Assembly (NCBI GenBank): GCA_048938855.1
Contig: JBHLLT010000002.1
Coordinates: forward strand, 320,001 to 384,000
DNA: 64,000 nucleotides
Reading direction: 5' to 3'
From: Promethearchaeota archaeon
GTDB taxonomy: Archaea > Asgardarchaeota > Lokiarchaeia > Sigyniarchaeales > SOKP01
Program-made: the position numbers and the translations under genes
In this document: positions 29,197 through 39,632 of the stretch, piece after piece
Position numbering within the stretch: the stretch's first letter is position 1
Layout: the number at the start of each line of letters is the position of its first letter
Notes under the pieces: generated by a model
Told to the model about the DNA's origin: nothing
The model's database searches: none
The model's input: only the letters and a program-made list of their open reading frames with translations

Positions 29197-30501
29197 TTGA
29201 ATGAGCAAGAATATAACCAGATGATAAAACGCTGCTTACGTTGTTCTATTTGCAAGTGGATACCACAATTGCAAATTAAAAGCCAAAAATTTGCAACTAT
29301 TTGTCCCTCAATTGATATGTTTAATTTTCATGCATATAGTGGAGGTGGACGTATAATTATCGCTTTAGCACTAGAAATGGGAAGACTTAAACCGTCAAGA
29401 GAACTAATAGAGATCGTTTATAAGTGTACCGAATGTGGTGGATGTGCCATCGCTTGTAAATTTCTAAATACTTTAGAACCATTAGAGATCATTGTTAAAC
29501 TTCGAGAAAAATTAGTGTCTTTGGGGTATGGACCAATGCCAAAGCAGCAACAGTATATTGAATCTATAAAAAAAAACAATAATCCATATAATGAACCACA
29601 CGAACAAAGACTCGATTGGTTACCTGATGATATTAAAATTGATCCAAATGCAAAGACGCTTTATTTTGTAGGATGCACCTCATCTTATAGAAGAAAAGAA
29701 ATAGCGATTGCTACTGCTCGAGTGATGAATGCTGCAAATTATCCATTCAAAATTCTTAGTGAGAATGAGTATTGCTGTGGAAGCCCTATCCTAAGAATTG
29801 GAGATAAAGAATCATTTATAGCACAGTTGAACAAAAATCTTGATACAATTGAAAAAGAAGGAATAGAAACTGTTGTTTTTAGTTGTGCTGGATGCTATGA
29901 TACTTTTAAAGTTGATTATCCACTAGAAAGAGACTATAACTTTAAAACACTACATACTACAGAATTATTCAATGAATTAATCGATAATGGACAATTGAAT
30001 TTAGAACATGAAATACTACATACAGTAACTTATCATGATCCTTGTCATTTAGGGCGAAATTCTGAGCCATATGAAGAATGGGAAGGTGATGCCTTACAAA
30101 TGATGCCTCTCGTATCTATTAATATGCCTGAAAAGCCAAAAAGATGTGGACAATATGGAATTTATGATTCTCCACGTAATTTGCTAAACAAGATTCCTGG
30201 ACTAAATTTTGTAGAAATGGAAAGGATTAAAGAATATTCCTATTGTTGTGGTGCTGGAGGAGGTGTAAAATCAGCCTTTCCTGAATTTGCTCTTAGAACA
30301 GCTAAAACTCGGATTGAAGAAGCTGAATCTACTGGTGCTGAAATAATCGTATCCGCGTGTCCCTTTTGTTCTACGAATTTAAATGATGGAATAATTGAAA
30401 AAGATTCCAATCTTAAATTTTTTGATATAAGTGAACTTTTATTACTGGCACTCTCCCCAAAACATAAAACTATTAAAGAATCGTCAACGGAGGTCTCATA
30501 A
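29197..30501 (+). CDS. HdrD/GlcF-like Fe-S oxidoreductase with CCG domains
   Basis: CLRCSIC, CTECGGCAIAC, YFVGC, YCCG, YHDPCHLGR, CCGAGGG, SACPFC. Confidence 0.9.
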   Translation: MNEQEYNQMIKRCLRCSICKWIPQLQIKSQKFATICPSIDMFNFHAYSGGGRIIIALALEMGRLKPSRELIEIVYKCTECGGCAIACKFLNTLEPLEIIVKLREKLVSLGYGPMPKQQQYIESIKKNNNPYNEPHEQRLDWLPDDIKIDPNAKTLYFVGCTSSYRRKEIAIATARVMNAANYPFKILSENEYCCGSPILRIGDKESFIAQLNKNLDTIEKEGIETVVFSCAGCYDTFKVDYPLERDYNFKTLHTTELFNELIDNGQLNLEHEILHTVTYHDPCHLGRNSEPYEEWEGDALQMMPLVSINMPEKPKRCGQYGIYDSPRNLLNKIPGLNFVEMERIKEYSYCCGAGGGVKSAFPEFALRTAKTRIEEAESTGAEIIVSACPFCSTNLNDGIIEKDSNLKFFDISELLLLALSPKHKTIKESSTEVS

Positions 30502-32070
30502 ATGGTTTTGGAGAAAAGTGTGTTTAAAGAATTTGAAGATATTGTTGGTGTTGGAAACATTGATGATGGCGAAGTTATAACAAATATTTATGCTTATAAC
30601 TGGTGCATGGAAATTTTTAATTACATGGAAGGCAAAGATCCTATTCCGTTTTCTCCAATTCCTAAAGCAGTCATATTACCCTCATCTACTGAACAGGTTC
30701 AGCAAATAGTAAAATTATGCAATAAATATGGGATTGTATTTAAAGCCCAAAGTACCGGACTTGGTCCTTGGAACCAACCTTCGGTTGATAATTCAATAAT
30801 TATAGATCTTCGTAAAATGAATAGGATTATTAAAATTGATGAGAAGAATCTTTATGCTGTTGTTGAACCATATGTTAGTGGGGCACAATTACAGTCAGAG
30901 ACTATGAAATATGATCTTAACTGTCATATGCCGGGAGCAGGTCCTCAAGTATCCCCATTAGCAAGCGCTACAAGCATGAATGGTCCTGGATTTACTTCTC
31001 CTTCTACGGGTCATAGTGCTCGAAATGTTTTAGGAGTAGAATGGGTATTACCAGATGGAGAGATTATGAAATTAGGATCTTATGGTTTAAAAAATAATCC
31101 AGACTGGTTTCATGGTGATGGACCAGGACCAAGTTTAAGAGGTATCATGAGAGGTTGGGCAGGTACAAAGTCAGGATTAGGTATTTTTACGAAGGTTGCT
31201 GTAAAATTATTTCCCTATCCATGTAATACGGACTTTAAGGTTAAAGGAAATTCTCCCAATTATGATTTCGATATTCCTGATTTTATGAAATTATACGTTA
31301 TGGATTGTGGAAGTTTTAAAAGACTCGAGAATATTATGTTGACCATTGAAAAGGAAGAAATATCTTTTATGTGCAGTTTTTTATCTGGATTTGCTGTCAT
31401 GGCTATTTTTTCCAATTCAATCGAAAGTTTAATGGATAAGATACCTATTGGACAATTAAAAGCTCCCTTAGTGGTATTAATCGTTGGTCGTACAAAACGA
31501 GAATTTGAATACAAACAAAAAGTAATGAATCTTATCCTTAAGAATTTCAAATTAAAAAACATAATTGGAAAGATTTACAGACCTAATCCAATTTTTTATG
31601 CTGAGGCTCTTCGTTCAAACTTAGGTCTACATGGATTTATTGCCACAGGAGGATTTCAATCTTCTAAAGGAGTTGCTGACACTGCTGCCGTATGTCTTCG
31701 GAGTACTAAATCCAATATTCAATTAAAACAGAATTTCATTAAGAAAGGAGCAATTGCTAACGATTTTGGCGAGGGTACATGGATGTCCTCATATGAATCA
31801 GGTCACTATTATCATATGGAATCCCCCACCATGTTTGATCAAACTGAAGAAAATAGTGTAAAAGGAATGGCCGAATATATGGAGAATAGTAATCAGTTAG
31901 ATTTATTAAAACATCTTGGAGCTCCATTTTTCGTAGAAGGCACACGTTTGCATGAATTATTTGGACCTCATATGTCCAACTATCACATATGGCTAAGAAA
32001 AATTAAAGAAACGTTTGACCCAAATAATATATCTGATTCTGGATTTTACATTTCACCACAAAATAAATAA
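30502..32070 (+). CDS. FAD-binding oxidoreductase (VAO/PCMH family), abutting the Fe-S partner
   Basis: LPSSTEQVQ, IDLRKMNRI, VEPYVS, GVEWVLPDG, GIFTKVAVKL, FDPNN. Confidence 0.88.
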   Translation: MVLEKSVFKEFEDIVGVGNIDDGEVITNIYAYNWCMEIFNYMEGKDPIPFSPIPKAVILPSSTEQVQQIVKLCNKYGIVFKAQSTGLGPWNQPSVDNSIIIDLRKMNRIIKIDEKNLYAVVEPYVSGAQLQSETMKYDLNCHMPGAGPQVSPLASATSMNGPGFTSPSTGHSARNVLGVEWVLPDGEIMKLGSYGLKNNPDWFHGDGPGPSLRGIMRGWAGTKSGLGIFTKVAVKLFPYPCNTDFKVKGNSPNYDFDIPDFMKLYVMDCGSFKRLENIMLTIEKEEISFMCSFLSGFAVMAIFSNSIESLMDKIPIGQLKAPLVVLIVGRTKREFEYKQKVMNLILKNFKLKNIIGKIYRPNPIFYAEALRSNLGLHGFIATGGFQSSKGVADTAAVCLRSTKSNIQLKQNFIKKGAIANDFGEGTWMSSYESGHYYHMESPTMFDQTEENSVKGMAEYMENSNQLDLLKHLGAPFFVEGTRLHELFGPHMSNYHIWLRKIKETFDPNNISDSGFYISPQNK

Positions 32071-32086
32071 AATTCTGGAAAATATC

Positions 32087-32503
32087 ATGGAAAACACAAA
32101 CCAACAAGACAACAAAGTAAGAGGTTTTGCAGTTTTAATTAAAAGTATTTTAATGCCTCTAAATGAAAACAAGAAATTTAAAGAAAGTTTTAGAAATGTT
32201 AAAGCCAAAATTCTCTTAAATGCCTCGAACTTAAATTATGCGGCTATAATTAATGTTGAAAATGGTTTAGTGAGAGTCGATAGTATTCCAAATAGGCCCG
32301 AAGAAAATTTAAAAAAAAAAAAGTTAGGATGGGATGGCTTTCTTGAGATGGATACTCAAACATTCCTAGCTGTTGCGATGAATCGACTCTCATTACTGGG
32401 AGTTGCAAAAATGTGGTTAACAAGGAGAATTAAGATGCGTGGAATCAGAAAACTTTTGATTTTATTAAAAATGTTTAGATTTTTAACAAATTATAATAAT
32501 TAG
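32087..32503 (+). CDS. SCP2 (sterol/lipid carrier)-like protein
   Basis: MDTQTFLAVAMNRLS....MWLTRRIKMRG...L..L resembles the SCP2 C-terminal pattern; ATG 32087 avoids overlap with the upstream gene. Confidence 0.6.
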   Translation: MENTNQQDNKVRGFAVLIKSILMPLNENKKFKESFRNVKAKILLNASNLNYAAIINVENGLVRVDSIPNRPEENLKKKKLGWDGFLEMDTQTFLAVAMNRLSLLGVAKMWLTRRIKMRGIRKLLILLKMFRFLTNYNN

Positions 32504-32536
32504 CTTTTATTTCAAGAAATTTAAGAATTTAGAAAA

Positions 32537-33592
32537 TTGTTAATTATGAGTGCAAAAATTATAGAAGCTTGGCTCGGACCAGGTAGAAAGGATGGTAAAA
32601 TTAAACCAATCAAGCCAAAAGATGATGCATTACATATTGATATGAAAAAGAAAGGCACTAGAGAATGGTGGTATTTTGATGCTCGTCTGGATAATGGATA
32701 TACTGTAGTTGGATTTTTTCGAGCAAAACACGAACGAACTGGTAAAACTGGTGTAGAGATTGCGATTTATAAACCGAATGGAGAAAAAATCCAGAAAGTA
32801 ATAGATTACCCTCATTCTGATCTTATTGCTTCTCAGGATTTGCCAGAAGTTCAAATTGGAAAAAATTATATCAAAATTGATTATTCTAATAAAGAACTTC
32901 CAACTTATGAAATTTTCCTTGATGAAGGTGAGTTTGGTCTTCATCTGAAATATCTTGCTCAAGTCCATGGTTGGAAACCTGGAAAGGGATATATTGAATT
33001 TGGCAAATCAAATCAATTTGGATGGGTTGTAGCTATACCTCGAGCAAATGTTGAGGGTACAATTAGGGTTAACAATGAGACTATTCAAGTAAAGGGTCTT
33101 GGATATCATGATCATAATTGGTTGAATTTTAATTTTGCAATGATAATAGACTACTGGTATTGGGGCAGAATATACTCTGATAATTATACAGCCATTTTTG
33201 CTTATATTAAATGTAATAAGAAAATGGAAAATTATCCAATTAAAGTTCTGATGTTAGCAAAAAATGAAAACGTAAATATCAGTACAGGGGAATATGAATT
33301 AATGCAAAATAATTTTGAATATAATAATAAAGCAGGAAATAAATATCCAAAATTTTTAAAATTTAAATTTAATAATCGTTATGAATTAATCCTCGAAGTT
33401 CAAGAGATTATTGATGCTGATAATTTACTCTATGAGTTGGGACCGATTACACGCTTCTTAGCGAAAAATCTACTAAAATTAAATCCTGGATATTTTCGAT
33501 TAAATTCTAAATTTCAACTTAATATTCCAATAGATGGGAAAATTTATACAGAAGAAGGTACTACACTTCACGAAATGGTAATAGCAAAATAA
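32537..33592 (+). CDS. CrtC/AttH-like (hydratase/cyclase) beta-barrel protein
   Basis: EWWYFDA.LDNG, GLGYHDHNW, WYWGR. Confidence 0.8.
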   Translation: MLIMSAKIIEAWLGPGRKDGKIKPIKPKDDALHIDMKKKGTREWWYFDARLDNGYTVVGFFRAKHERTGKTGVEIAIYKPNGEKIQKVIDYPHSDLIASQDLPEVQIGKNYIKIDYSNKELPTYEIFLDEGEFGLHLKYLAQVHGWKPGKGYIEFGKSNQFGWVVAIPRANVEGTIRVNNETIQVKGLGYHDHNWLNFNFAMIIDYWYWGRIYSDNYTAIFAYIKCNKKMENYPIKVLMLAKNENVNISTGEYELMQNNFEYNNKAGNKYPKFLKFKFNNRYELILEVQEIIDADNLLYELGPITRFLAKNLLKLNPGYFRLNSKFQLNIPIDGKIYTEEGTTLHEMVIAK

Positions 33593-33616
33593 AAAATTAG
33601 CTAATAATAAACACTT

Positions 33617-34312
33617 CTATTTTTTTTCTTCTAACGCCTTTTTTGGAAACAATCGGTTTTTCAATTTGACCGTACCTGTATCCATGTCATATTCCACTAA
33701 TCCTACTTTAGCTAATTCCTGTATTGAATGTAATACAAATGCACCACCAATCCCTAATGTTGTTTTTAATTCTTCTCTAGACATTACTTCTTTATCTCCA
33801 TGTAATGTAAGAAGGATCCTGTAATGAGCTTGCCCCGCCCATATTTCAGAAACTAGTACTGTATATATGGAAAGTAAAGCGCGAACCCTATCAAAATTAT
33901 ATTCTGCTTCTTCGGCTTCTTCCGCAACTTTCATAAATTTAGATAATTCAACTTTAACTTTTTGATATTCATCTAATAATTTTAATTGTTCTTCTGTTAA
34001 TGAACCTATTTTTTGATCTCTTTCTTGCTTTTCTAATTCAAGTTTTTTCGTTGCTTCTTCCAAATTAATTTTCTCTCCCTGTAAATTTTGTTTCTCGCTT
34101 TCTAATTTGGTTTTTTCTTCTTCCAGTAGCCTTTTTTCATTTTCAAGCGTTCTTTTTTCTTTACTTAATGCTTCTTTATCACTTTCAAGTTTTATCAATG
34201 CTGTTCTCGATGTCTCCAAGACTTCAATAAAATCCTTAAAACTTGATTCAGCAGCTCGGATTGTTTCATCAAGAATGTCCAAAGTTTTTTTATTATCAGA
34301 CATTAGAATCAC
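33617..34312 (-). CDS. coiled-coil protein with C-terminal winged helix
   Basis: Heptad LExEK repeats, then HYRILLTLH...MSREELK...IQELAKVGLVEYD...VKL. Confidence 0.75.
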   Translation of the reverse strand: MILMSDNKKTLDILDETIRAAESSFKDFIEVLETSRTALIKLESDKEALSKEKRTLENEKRLLEEEKTKLESEKQNLQGEKINLEEATKKLELEKQERDQKIGSLTEEQLKLLDEYQKVKVELSKFMKVAEEAEEAEYNFDRVRALLSIYTVLVSEIWAGQAHYRILLTLHGDKEVMSREELKTTLGIGGAFVLHSIQELAKVGLVEYDMDTGTVKLKNRLFPKKALEEKK

Positions 34313-34370
34313 AATTTATTTTATTCAATTATTTTTATTATATTTATTCTATTAAAAAAATTTATCAAAT

Positions 34371-35585
34371 ATGGCAGAAGAAGAAAAACCTTCTCAAGCT
34401 ATTAAACTTATATTAGGAGTTACAGTTCCAATCTTTATAATGGGACTTGTATCATTTTTTACTGATATTTCAAGTGAAATGATTCAAAGCATATTACCCT
34501 ATTTTATTTATGATGTTGGCGGAACTGCATTAACACTAGGATTAATTACTGGCTTTACAACCGCAATAGCAAATATATTCAAAGGAATTTCTGGATGGAT
34601 AAGCGATAGAATTAATAAAAGAAAGCCTTTTGTTGTTGCAGGTTATTCAATATCAAATATTTCTAAACCATTCATGGCATTTAGTCCTTCTTGGGGATTT
34701 ATATTAGGATTAAAATCTATTGATCGCTTTGGTAAAGGACTTAGGACATCTTCTAGAGATACATTAATATCTTATTATGCTAGAGAACAAGGAAAATCGT
34801 TTGGAGTGCATAGGGCTATGGACACTTTAGGTGCTGTTCTGGGTTCTTTTTTAGCGTTTTTATTTTTATTTTTGAGTTGGTCTTATTCTCAAATAATTTT
34901 TTTCTCGATAATCCCCGGTTTTCTAGCAATAATTCTAATCCTATCTATAAAAGATGTAAATCCAAACGAGTTAGAAAAAAAGCTTAGAAAAGTTGATGAA
35001 AAACCAAAAGTGGAAAAGCTGAGCAAAAATTTTATTAAATTAATTATTATCTTAGGAGTTATTGAATTTGCTAGTTTGGATATTGCCTTTCTTCAAATTA
35101 GAGCTGGATCGTTTATCAATGTGTTGTTCTTCATACCAATATTGTATATGTTAAGCAATATTGTTTATACAATATTTTCTCCTATTACAGGAATATTATC
35201 TGATAGAATCGGGAGAAAAAAAGTGATAGATATTGGGTTAATTATTCTTCTTGTCTCATGTGTTATTTTAGCAATTCCAGTAGATTTTTCTCTCTTTTCA
35301 TTTATTATCATTATCATCATATTTGCAATGTATGGCTTTTACCAAGCTTCTGTAGATCCAATATCGAGAGCTTACATTGCTGACTTAGCAGGTAAAAAAA
35401 AACGAGGTCGGGCTTATGGTTACTATTATCTCTCTGTGGGAATTATATCTTTATCAGAGTCTCTAATTTTTGGGTTTATATATGATTTATCCCCTACTTG
35501 GGCTTTTACCTATATTTCAATCCTCCTATCAATATGCATTATTATATTTACTATCACCGATTTTACTAAGATTCTTAAGAATTGA
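34371..35585 (+). CDS. MFS transporter
   Basis: FTDISSEMI, GWISDR..KRKP, DRFGKGLR, GILSDRIGRK; about 12 TM. Confidence 0.92.
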   Translation: MAEEEKPSQAIKLILGVTVPIFIMGLVSFFTDISSEMIQSILPYFIYDVGGTALTLGLITGFTTAIANIFKGISGWISDRINKRKPFVVAGYSISNISKPFMAFSPSWGFILGLKSIDRFGKGLRTSSRDTLISYYAREQGKSFGVHRAMDTLGAVLGSFLAFLFLFLSWSYSQIIFFSIIPGFLAIILILSIKDVNPNELEKKLRKVDEKPKVEKLSKNFIKLIIILGVIEFASLDIAFLQIRAGSFINVLFFIPILYMLSNIVYTIFSPITGILSDRIGRKKVIDIGLIILLVSCVILAIPVDFSLFSFIIIIIIFAMYGFYQASVDPISRAYIADLAGKKKRGRAYGYYYLSVGIISLSESLIFGFIYDLSPTWAFTYISILLSICIIIFTITDFTKILKN

Positions 35586-35666
35586 TTTTGATATCAAGAT
35601 TTCCTAAATACTTCACCTAAACAGTTAAATAAATTTGATTATTGATTGTTTTTGGTGAAATAACAA

Positions 35667-36449
35667 ATGAAAGAAAATTATTGTCTTACTTCTAAAGATG
35701 TAATTCAATCAGCTATGGCTACCAGTAATAAAACTATGAAAGACTTTGAAGTCGATCCAATATTAATCATTCTTTTCTCTGGTGGCTTATTGAATTATCT
35801 AAAAGAAATCATTAATCTAAAAGAATCAGAGTGGTTATTACAATACCATCCTTACGGTGGTGGGGAACTATATCGAGGTAAATATGAAGATATTTCCCTT
35901 TCTGTACTATTACCACCAATGGGTGCTTCAATAATGGCCTCAAATGCAGAGGATTTGATCTATTGTGGAGCTAAAACAATTCTTCTTGTTTGTGGTTCGT
36001 GGGGTATAGGTGAAAAAGTAAAATTGTTCGATTACATTATTCCTACGCACGGTTTTGGATTAGATGGAACATCCTTACATTATGGAAGAAAGTTAAATGA
36101 AGAAGTTGAAATAAATAAAGAAATTGTTAACATATTCACTGAGGAGACAAAAAAAAAAGCTGATAATTATCATTTAGGAAAAAATTATAGTAAGGAGGCG
36201 TTCTATCGCATAAATAAACAAGAAATATTTGAATTACGGAAAAAGGGATGTGTCTCAATGGAAAATGGAGAGCTTAATGTATTAGCTACTATATGCAATA
36301 ACTATGACATTAAATTTGGGGCGATTTTTTATAGTTATTATAATCCAGTTGACGGCTGGAATATTTCTTGGAAAGATGATATGTATAAAAATTGTGTTAA
36401 CCTAGAAGGAGAAATTGCATTAGCTACCATAAAAAGACTGATAAAATAA
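35667..36449 (+). CDS. nucleoside phosphorylase (PNP/UDP family)
   Basis: PMGAS...EDLIYCGAK, DGTSLHY, AFYR, VSMEN. Confidence 0.75.
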   Translation: MKENYCLTSKDVIQSAMATSNKTMKDFEVDPILIILFSGGLLNYLKEIINLKESEWLLQYHPYGGGELYRGKYEDISLSVLLPPMGASIMASNAEDLIYCGAKTILLVCGSWGIGEKVKLFDYIIPTHGFGLDGTSLHYGRKLNEEVEINKEIVNIFTEETKKKADNYHLGKNYSKEAFYRINKQEIFELRKKGCVSMENGELNVLATICNNYDIKFGAIFYSYYNPVDGWNISWKDDMYKNCVNLEGEIALATIKRLIK

Positions 36450-36469
36450 AAAAGTAAAGAATTCTTCGA

Positions 36470-37726
36470 TTATTGAGTCCAGAGATCAGCTAAGTATATT
36501 AAAACTTCAGACGCTTTTTGTAAAGCTATAGTTGGGATGTACTCTTTTCTAGAATGAAATAATAAACCTCCAGAAAAAATGTTCGGTGTTGGAATTCCTT
36601 TAGCACTCAACCGGGCTCCATCCGTTCCTCCTCTTATTGGATGATTTATCACATCTAATCCCGCTTTTTCGATTGCTTGTTTTGCTAAATCAACAACTAC
36701 TGGTTTTTTTTCTAAATATGTATACATATTTTGATATTGATGTCTATAATCAATTTCAATCTTTAATCCAGGATAACGAATCTCATAAGCTTTCTTTAGA
36801 TTATTTAAATATTCAATCCGTCTTTTGTTGTTTTCTTCTTTAAAATCTCTAATTAACATTCTGGAGGTGGCTTCCTCTGCTTTTCCCTGTAATTTAGTTA
36901 AATGAAAAAATCCTTCTCTCTCTTCAGTATGTTCAGGTGATTCAGATTCAGGAAGTTCACTGAAGAATCTAGTAGCAATTTGTATTGCATTGATCATCTT
37001 ATTCTTTGCATGTCCAGGATGAACACTTAATCCTATAAATTTAGTTTGAGCTAACCACGCATCAAAACATTCAAATTCTAATTCACCCATTTCACCACCA
37101 TCAATAGTATAGCAAATTTTAGGAAGTTTTTTCAAATCAGCCTTATCAATTCCTAATCCAGTCTCTTCATCTGTAGTGAAGCAGATTACTATTGGGCCAT
37201 GTTTTAATTCATCGAATTTTTTCCATGCGGCGCAGGCAGCCATAATTTCAGCTACTCCTGCTTTATCATCTGCTCCTAATAAAGTGTCTCCCTCAGATGT
37301 AATTATATCAAGACCTACGTATTCTTCTAAATTGGGAGAATCTTCAGTACTTAGGACTAAATCCTTATTTTGAGAATATTTAATCTCTTTACCATCATAA
37401 TTTTCGTGAATTATAGGTTTTACATCTTTTCCGTTTACTGCTGATGACGTATCAACATGAGCTAATAAACCAATAGGTTTCACTTTTTCAAAACCTTTAC
37501 TTGCTGGCAAAAAAGCATAAACAAAACCATATTCATCATGGATTATATCTTTAAGGTTTAATTGTTTTAATTCCTCTACCAAAAGCTTTCCAAGATCAAA
37601 TTGAACTTTTGTGGAGGGAACAGTCTCTATTGTCTCATCTGAAGTAGTCCAGACTTTTACATACCTTAAAAATCGTTCTAAAGCTTCATCTAATAAAAAT
37701 TCTTGTATCTCTTTTGATAGTTCCAT
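36470..37726 (-). CDS. pepT: peptidase T
   Basis: ERFLRYV, AHVDT, LGADDKAG, DEE, HPGHAK, IRGGTDG, FHS. Confidence 0.95.
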   Translation of the reverse strand: MELSKEIQEFLLDEALERFLRYVKVWTTSDETIETVPSTKVQFDLGKLLVEELKQLNLKDIIHDEYGFVYAFLPASKGFEKVKPIGLLAHVDTSSAVNGKDVKPIIHENYDGKEIKYSQNKDLVLSTEDSPNLEEYVGLDIITSEGDTLLGADDKAGVAEIMAACAAWKKFDELKHGPIVICFTTDEETGLGIDKADLKKLPKICYTIDGGEMGELEFECFDAWLAQTKFIGLSVHPGHAKNKMINAIQIATRFFSELPESESPEHTEEREGFFHLTKLQGKAEEATSRMLIRDFKEENNKRRIEYLNNLKKAYEIRYPGLKIEIDYRHQYQNMYTYLEKKPVVVDLAKQAIEKAGLDVINHPIRGGTDGARLSAKGIPTPNIFSGGLLFHSRKEYIPTIALQKASEVLIYLADLWTQ

Positions 37727-37785
37727 ATCAATGAAAATTAATCTTAAATTTTAAATTTGAACAAAATATCAAAAAAAAAAAACTA

Positions 37786-38583
37786 TCATTTGCCCTTGAA
37801 TCTTGGTTTTCTTTTTTTCATAAATGATCTCATTCCTTCGCCAAAATCATAAGTTTTTATATTTTTACAGTATAATTTAAATTCATTTTGTAATGAAGGA
37901 AATAACTCATTAATTTGTGAAAAATTTAGCATAGCTTTATTATATCCAAGACATTTAGTTGGCAAATTTGCTAACTCTTTTACAAACTCCAAAGATTTTT
38001 GTTTAAATTCTTCATTGGGGTATACTTGGCTTACTAATCCGATCTCTAAAGCTTCTTTTGCATCAAGATGTCTTCCAGTTAAGATTATCTCTGTTGCCCG
38101 TCCAAAACCAACAATCTTTGGAAGAAACCAAGTCGCTCCACTTAACACACAATGAGCTCTACTTGTTCGATGATCTCCAATCTTCAAACTTTCAGCTGCT
38201 AATCGAAAATCACAAGCGAGAGCAATATCAAAACCTGCCCCTAAACAATATCCATGTAATAAGGCTACAACTGGTTTTTCTATTTCTCGTATTAAACGAA
38301 CAAGTCGATGATGTGGCATTTGAGATCCATCTTCTAAAGGTGAGAATTTAACTCCTTCTGGCCCCATACTTTTCATGTCATCACCAGAACAGAAACTACT
38401 GCCACTTCCTTCAACCATTATTGCTCGAATCGATTTATCCTTCTTGGCATTTTCCAAAACATCCACAATTTCCATTAGTAAAGGATATTGTAATGCATTC
38501 AATTTATCTGGACGGTTAAGTGTAATACTACAAATTCCATCTTCAAGTTTTAATATGATGTGTTCAAAATCCTTGTCTAACAT
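37786..38583 (-). CDS. enoyl-CoA hydratase/isomerase family
   Basis: LNRPDKLNAL, FCSGDD, GAGFDIALACDFR, KRKPRFKGK. Confidence 0.92.
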   Translation of the reverse strand: MLDKDFEHIILKLEDGICSITLNRPDKLNALQYPLLMEIVDVLENAKKDKSIRAIMVEGSGSSFCSGDDMKSMGPEGVKFSPLEDGSQMPHHRLVRLIREIEKPVVALLHGYCLGAGFDIALACDFRLAAESLKIGDHRTSRAHCVLSGATWFLPKIVGFGRATEIILTGRHLDAKEALEIGLVSQVYPNEEFKQKSLEFVKELANLPTKCLGYNKAMLNFSQINELFPSLQNEFKLYCKNIKTYDFGEGMRSFMKKRKPRFKGK

Positions 38584-38710
38584 GATGATACAATCCTAAT
38601 TATCTAAATATTAGATTGAATAATTTAAAGTTAACTTATGATTAAAAGGATATAAATGAAATTAATATAATATTTATAGGTTTAAATTAAAAATAAAAAT
38701 TGTAAATTAT

Positions 38711-39385
38711 CTACCAAATTTCAAACTTTTCATCAAGTCTAGTAGAGAAAACTAATAAATATGGAATTAATAGATCTAAAGCACTCTGCCAAGCATTGAT
38801 CAAAGGCGCACCAATCAATATTGCCATCATACCTGTTATTTGAGGTAACCCTAAGAATTCCAAAGTAATCATATCAGCATAAACTGAGAAGACTGTTAAA
38901 TATGCAATAATATTCAAAACTTCCATAACACTAATACGAAGAACAGTACCTATTAAGCCATAAATGACGTAATTTTTTGGTACTTTCAATTTTTTACTAT
39001 TTAATTGTCCAGGTTCTCTTTTATATAATTTTAAAAATAGAATTGGAATAATTATTAAAGAAATCGTAGCAGCGAATTTCATTGAAGGTCCAATCCATCC
39101 TGTAGAATCAAAAGGCATTAATCCAACAGTTCCAACAGCGCTACACAAAATACCCGCTTTTACTCCAAATATTAATAAACAAGCAATCCATATGATTGAA
39201 ATTGGATCTACAATTGCAATAAACCATCCCGGGATTCTTGGTATATTTGGAGCAAGGAATGCCCCTACAACTACAGATAAAGCTCCAAAAATAGCAGCTC
39301 CAGCTATTTGTATCAACAATTGTGAAGAACTACTCCTTATTGCTTCTTTTTCTCCAGGTCTTATTTCAGACATCTTAAATATCAA
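38711..39385 (-). CDS. ECF transporter S-component-like membrane protein
   Basis: IAGAAIFGALS, IVDPISI...LIFG..AG, GPSMKF; about 6 TM. Confidence 0.65.
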   Translation of the reverse strand: MIFKMSEIRPGEKEAIRSSSSQLLIQIAGAAIFGALSVVVGAFLAPNIPRIPGWFIAIVDPISIIWIACLLIFGVKAGILCSAVGTVGLMPFDSTGWIGPSMKFAATISLIIIPILFLKLYKREPGQLNSKKLKVPKNYVIYGLIGTVLRISVMEVLNIIAYLTVFSVYADMITLEFLGLPQITGMMAILIGAPLINAWQSALDLLIPYLLVFSTRLDEKFEIW

Positions 39386-39464
39386 AATCTTTATTCAATA
39401 TTCTAATCTTATTAGGTAGATTAGGTTTTAATATTTAAATTGTTTTAGTTGAATCATAACTTTT

Positions 39465-39497
39465 ATGTGTACACATGTCATTTTGAGTGTGTACAGA
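39465..39497. promoter_or_regulatory. tandem palindromic sites upstream of the S-component gene
   Basis: Perfect palindrome ATGTGTACACAT (39465-39476) and TGTGTACAGA (39488-39497); the TGTGTACA cores are 22 bp apart. Confidence 0.5.
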
Positions 39498-39632
39498 AAT
39501 TTGAAAGTTATTAAGCTATTAAATCGATCTATAGGAATATCTATTTAATTTAGAGAAAAATTATAATTAATTCTGTCCACTAACTTACATTTTTTAATTA
39601 ATGATCTACTCATTTTTGGAGATGAAAAATCC

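Noticed and set aside
29197-30501. Selenocysteine recoding in the Hdr-like protein
   Set aside because: No in-frame TGA, the ORF ends in TAA with complete motifs, and I found no convincing SECIS.
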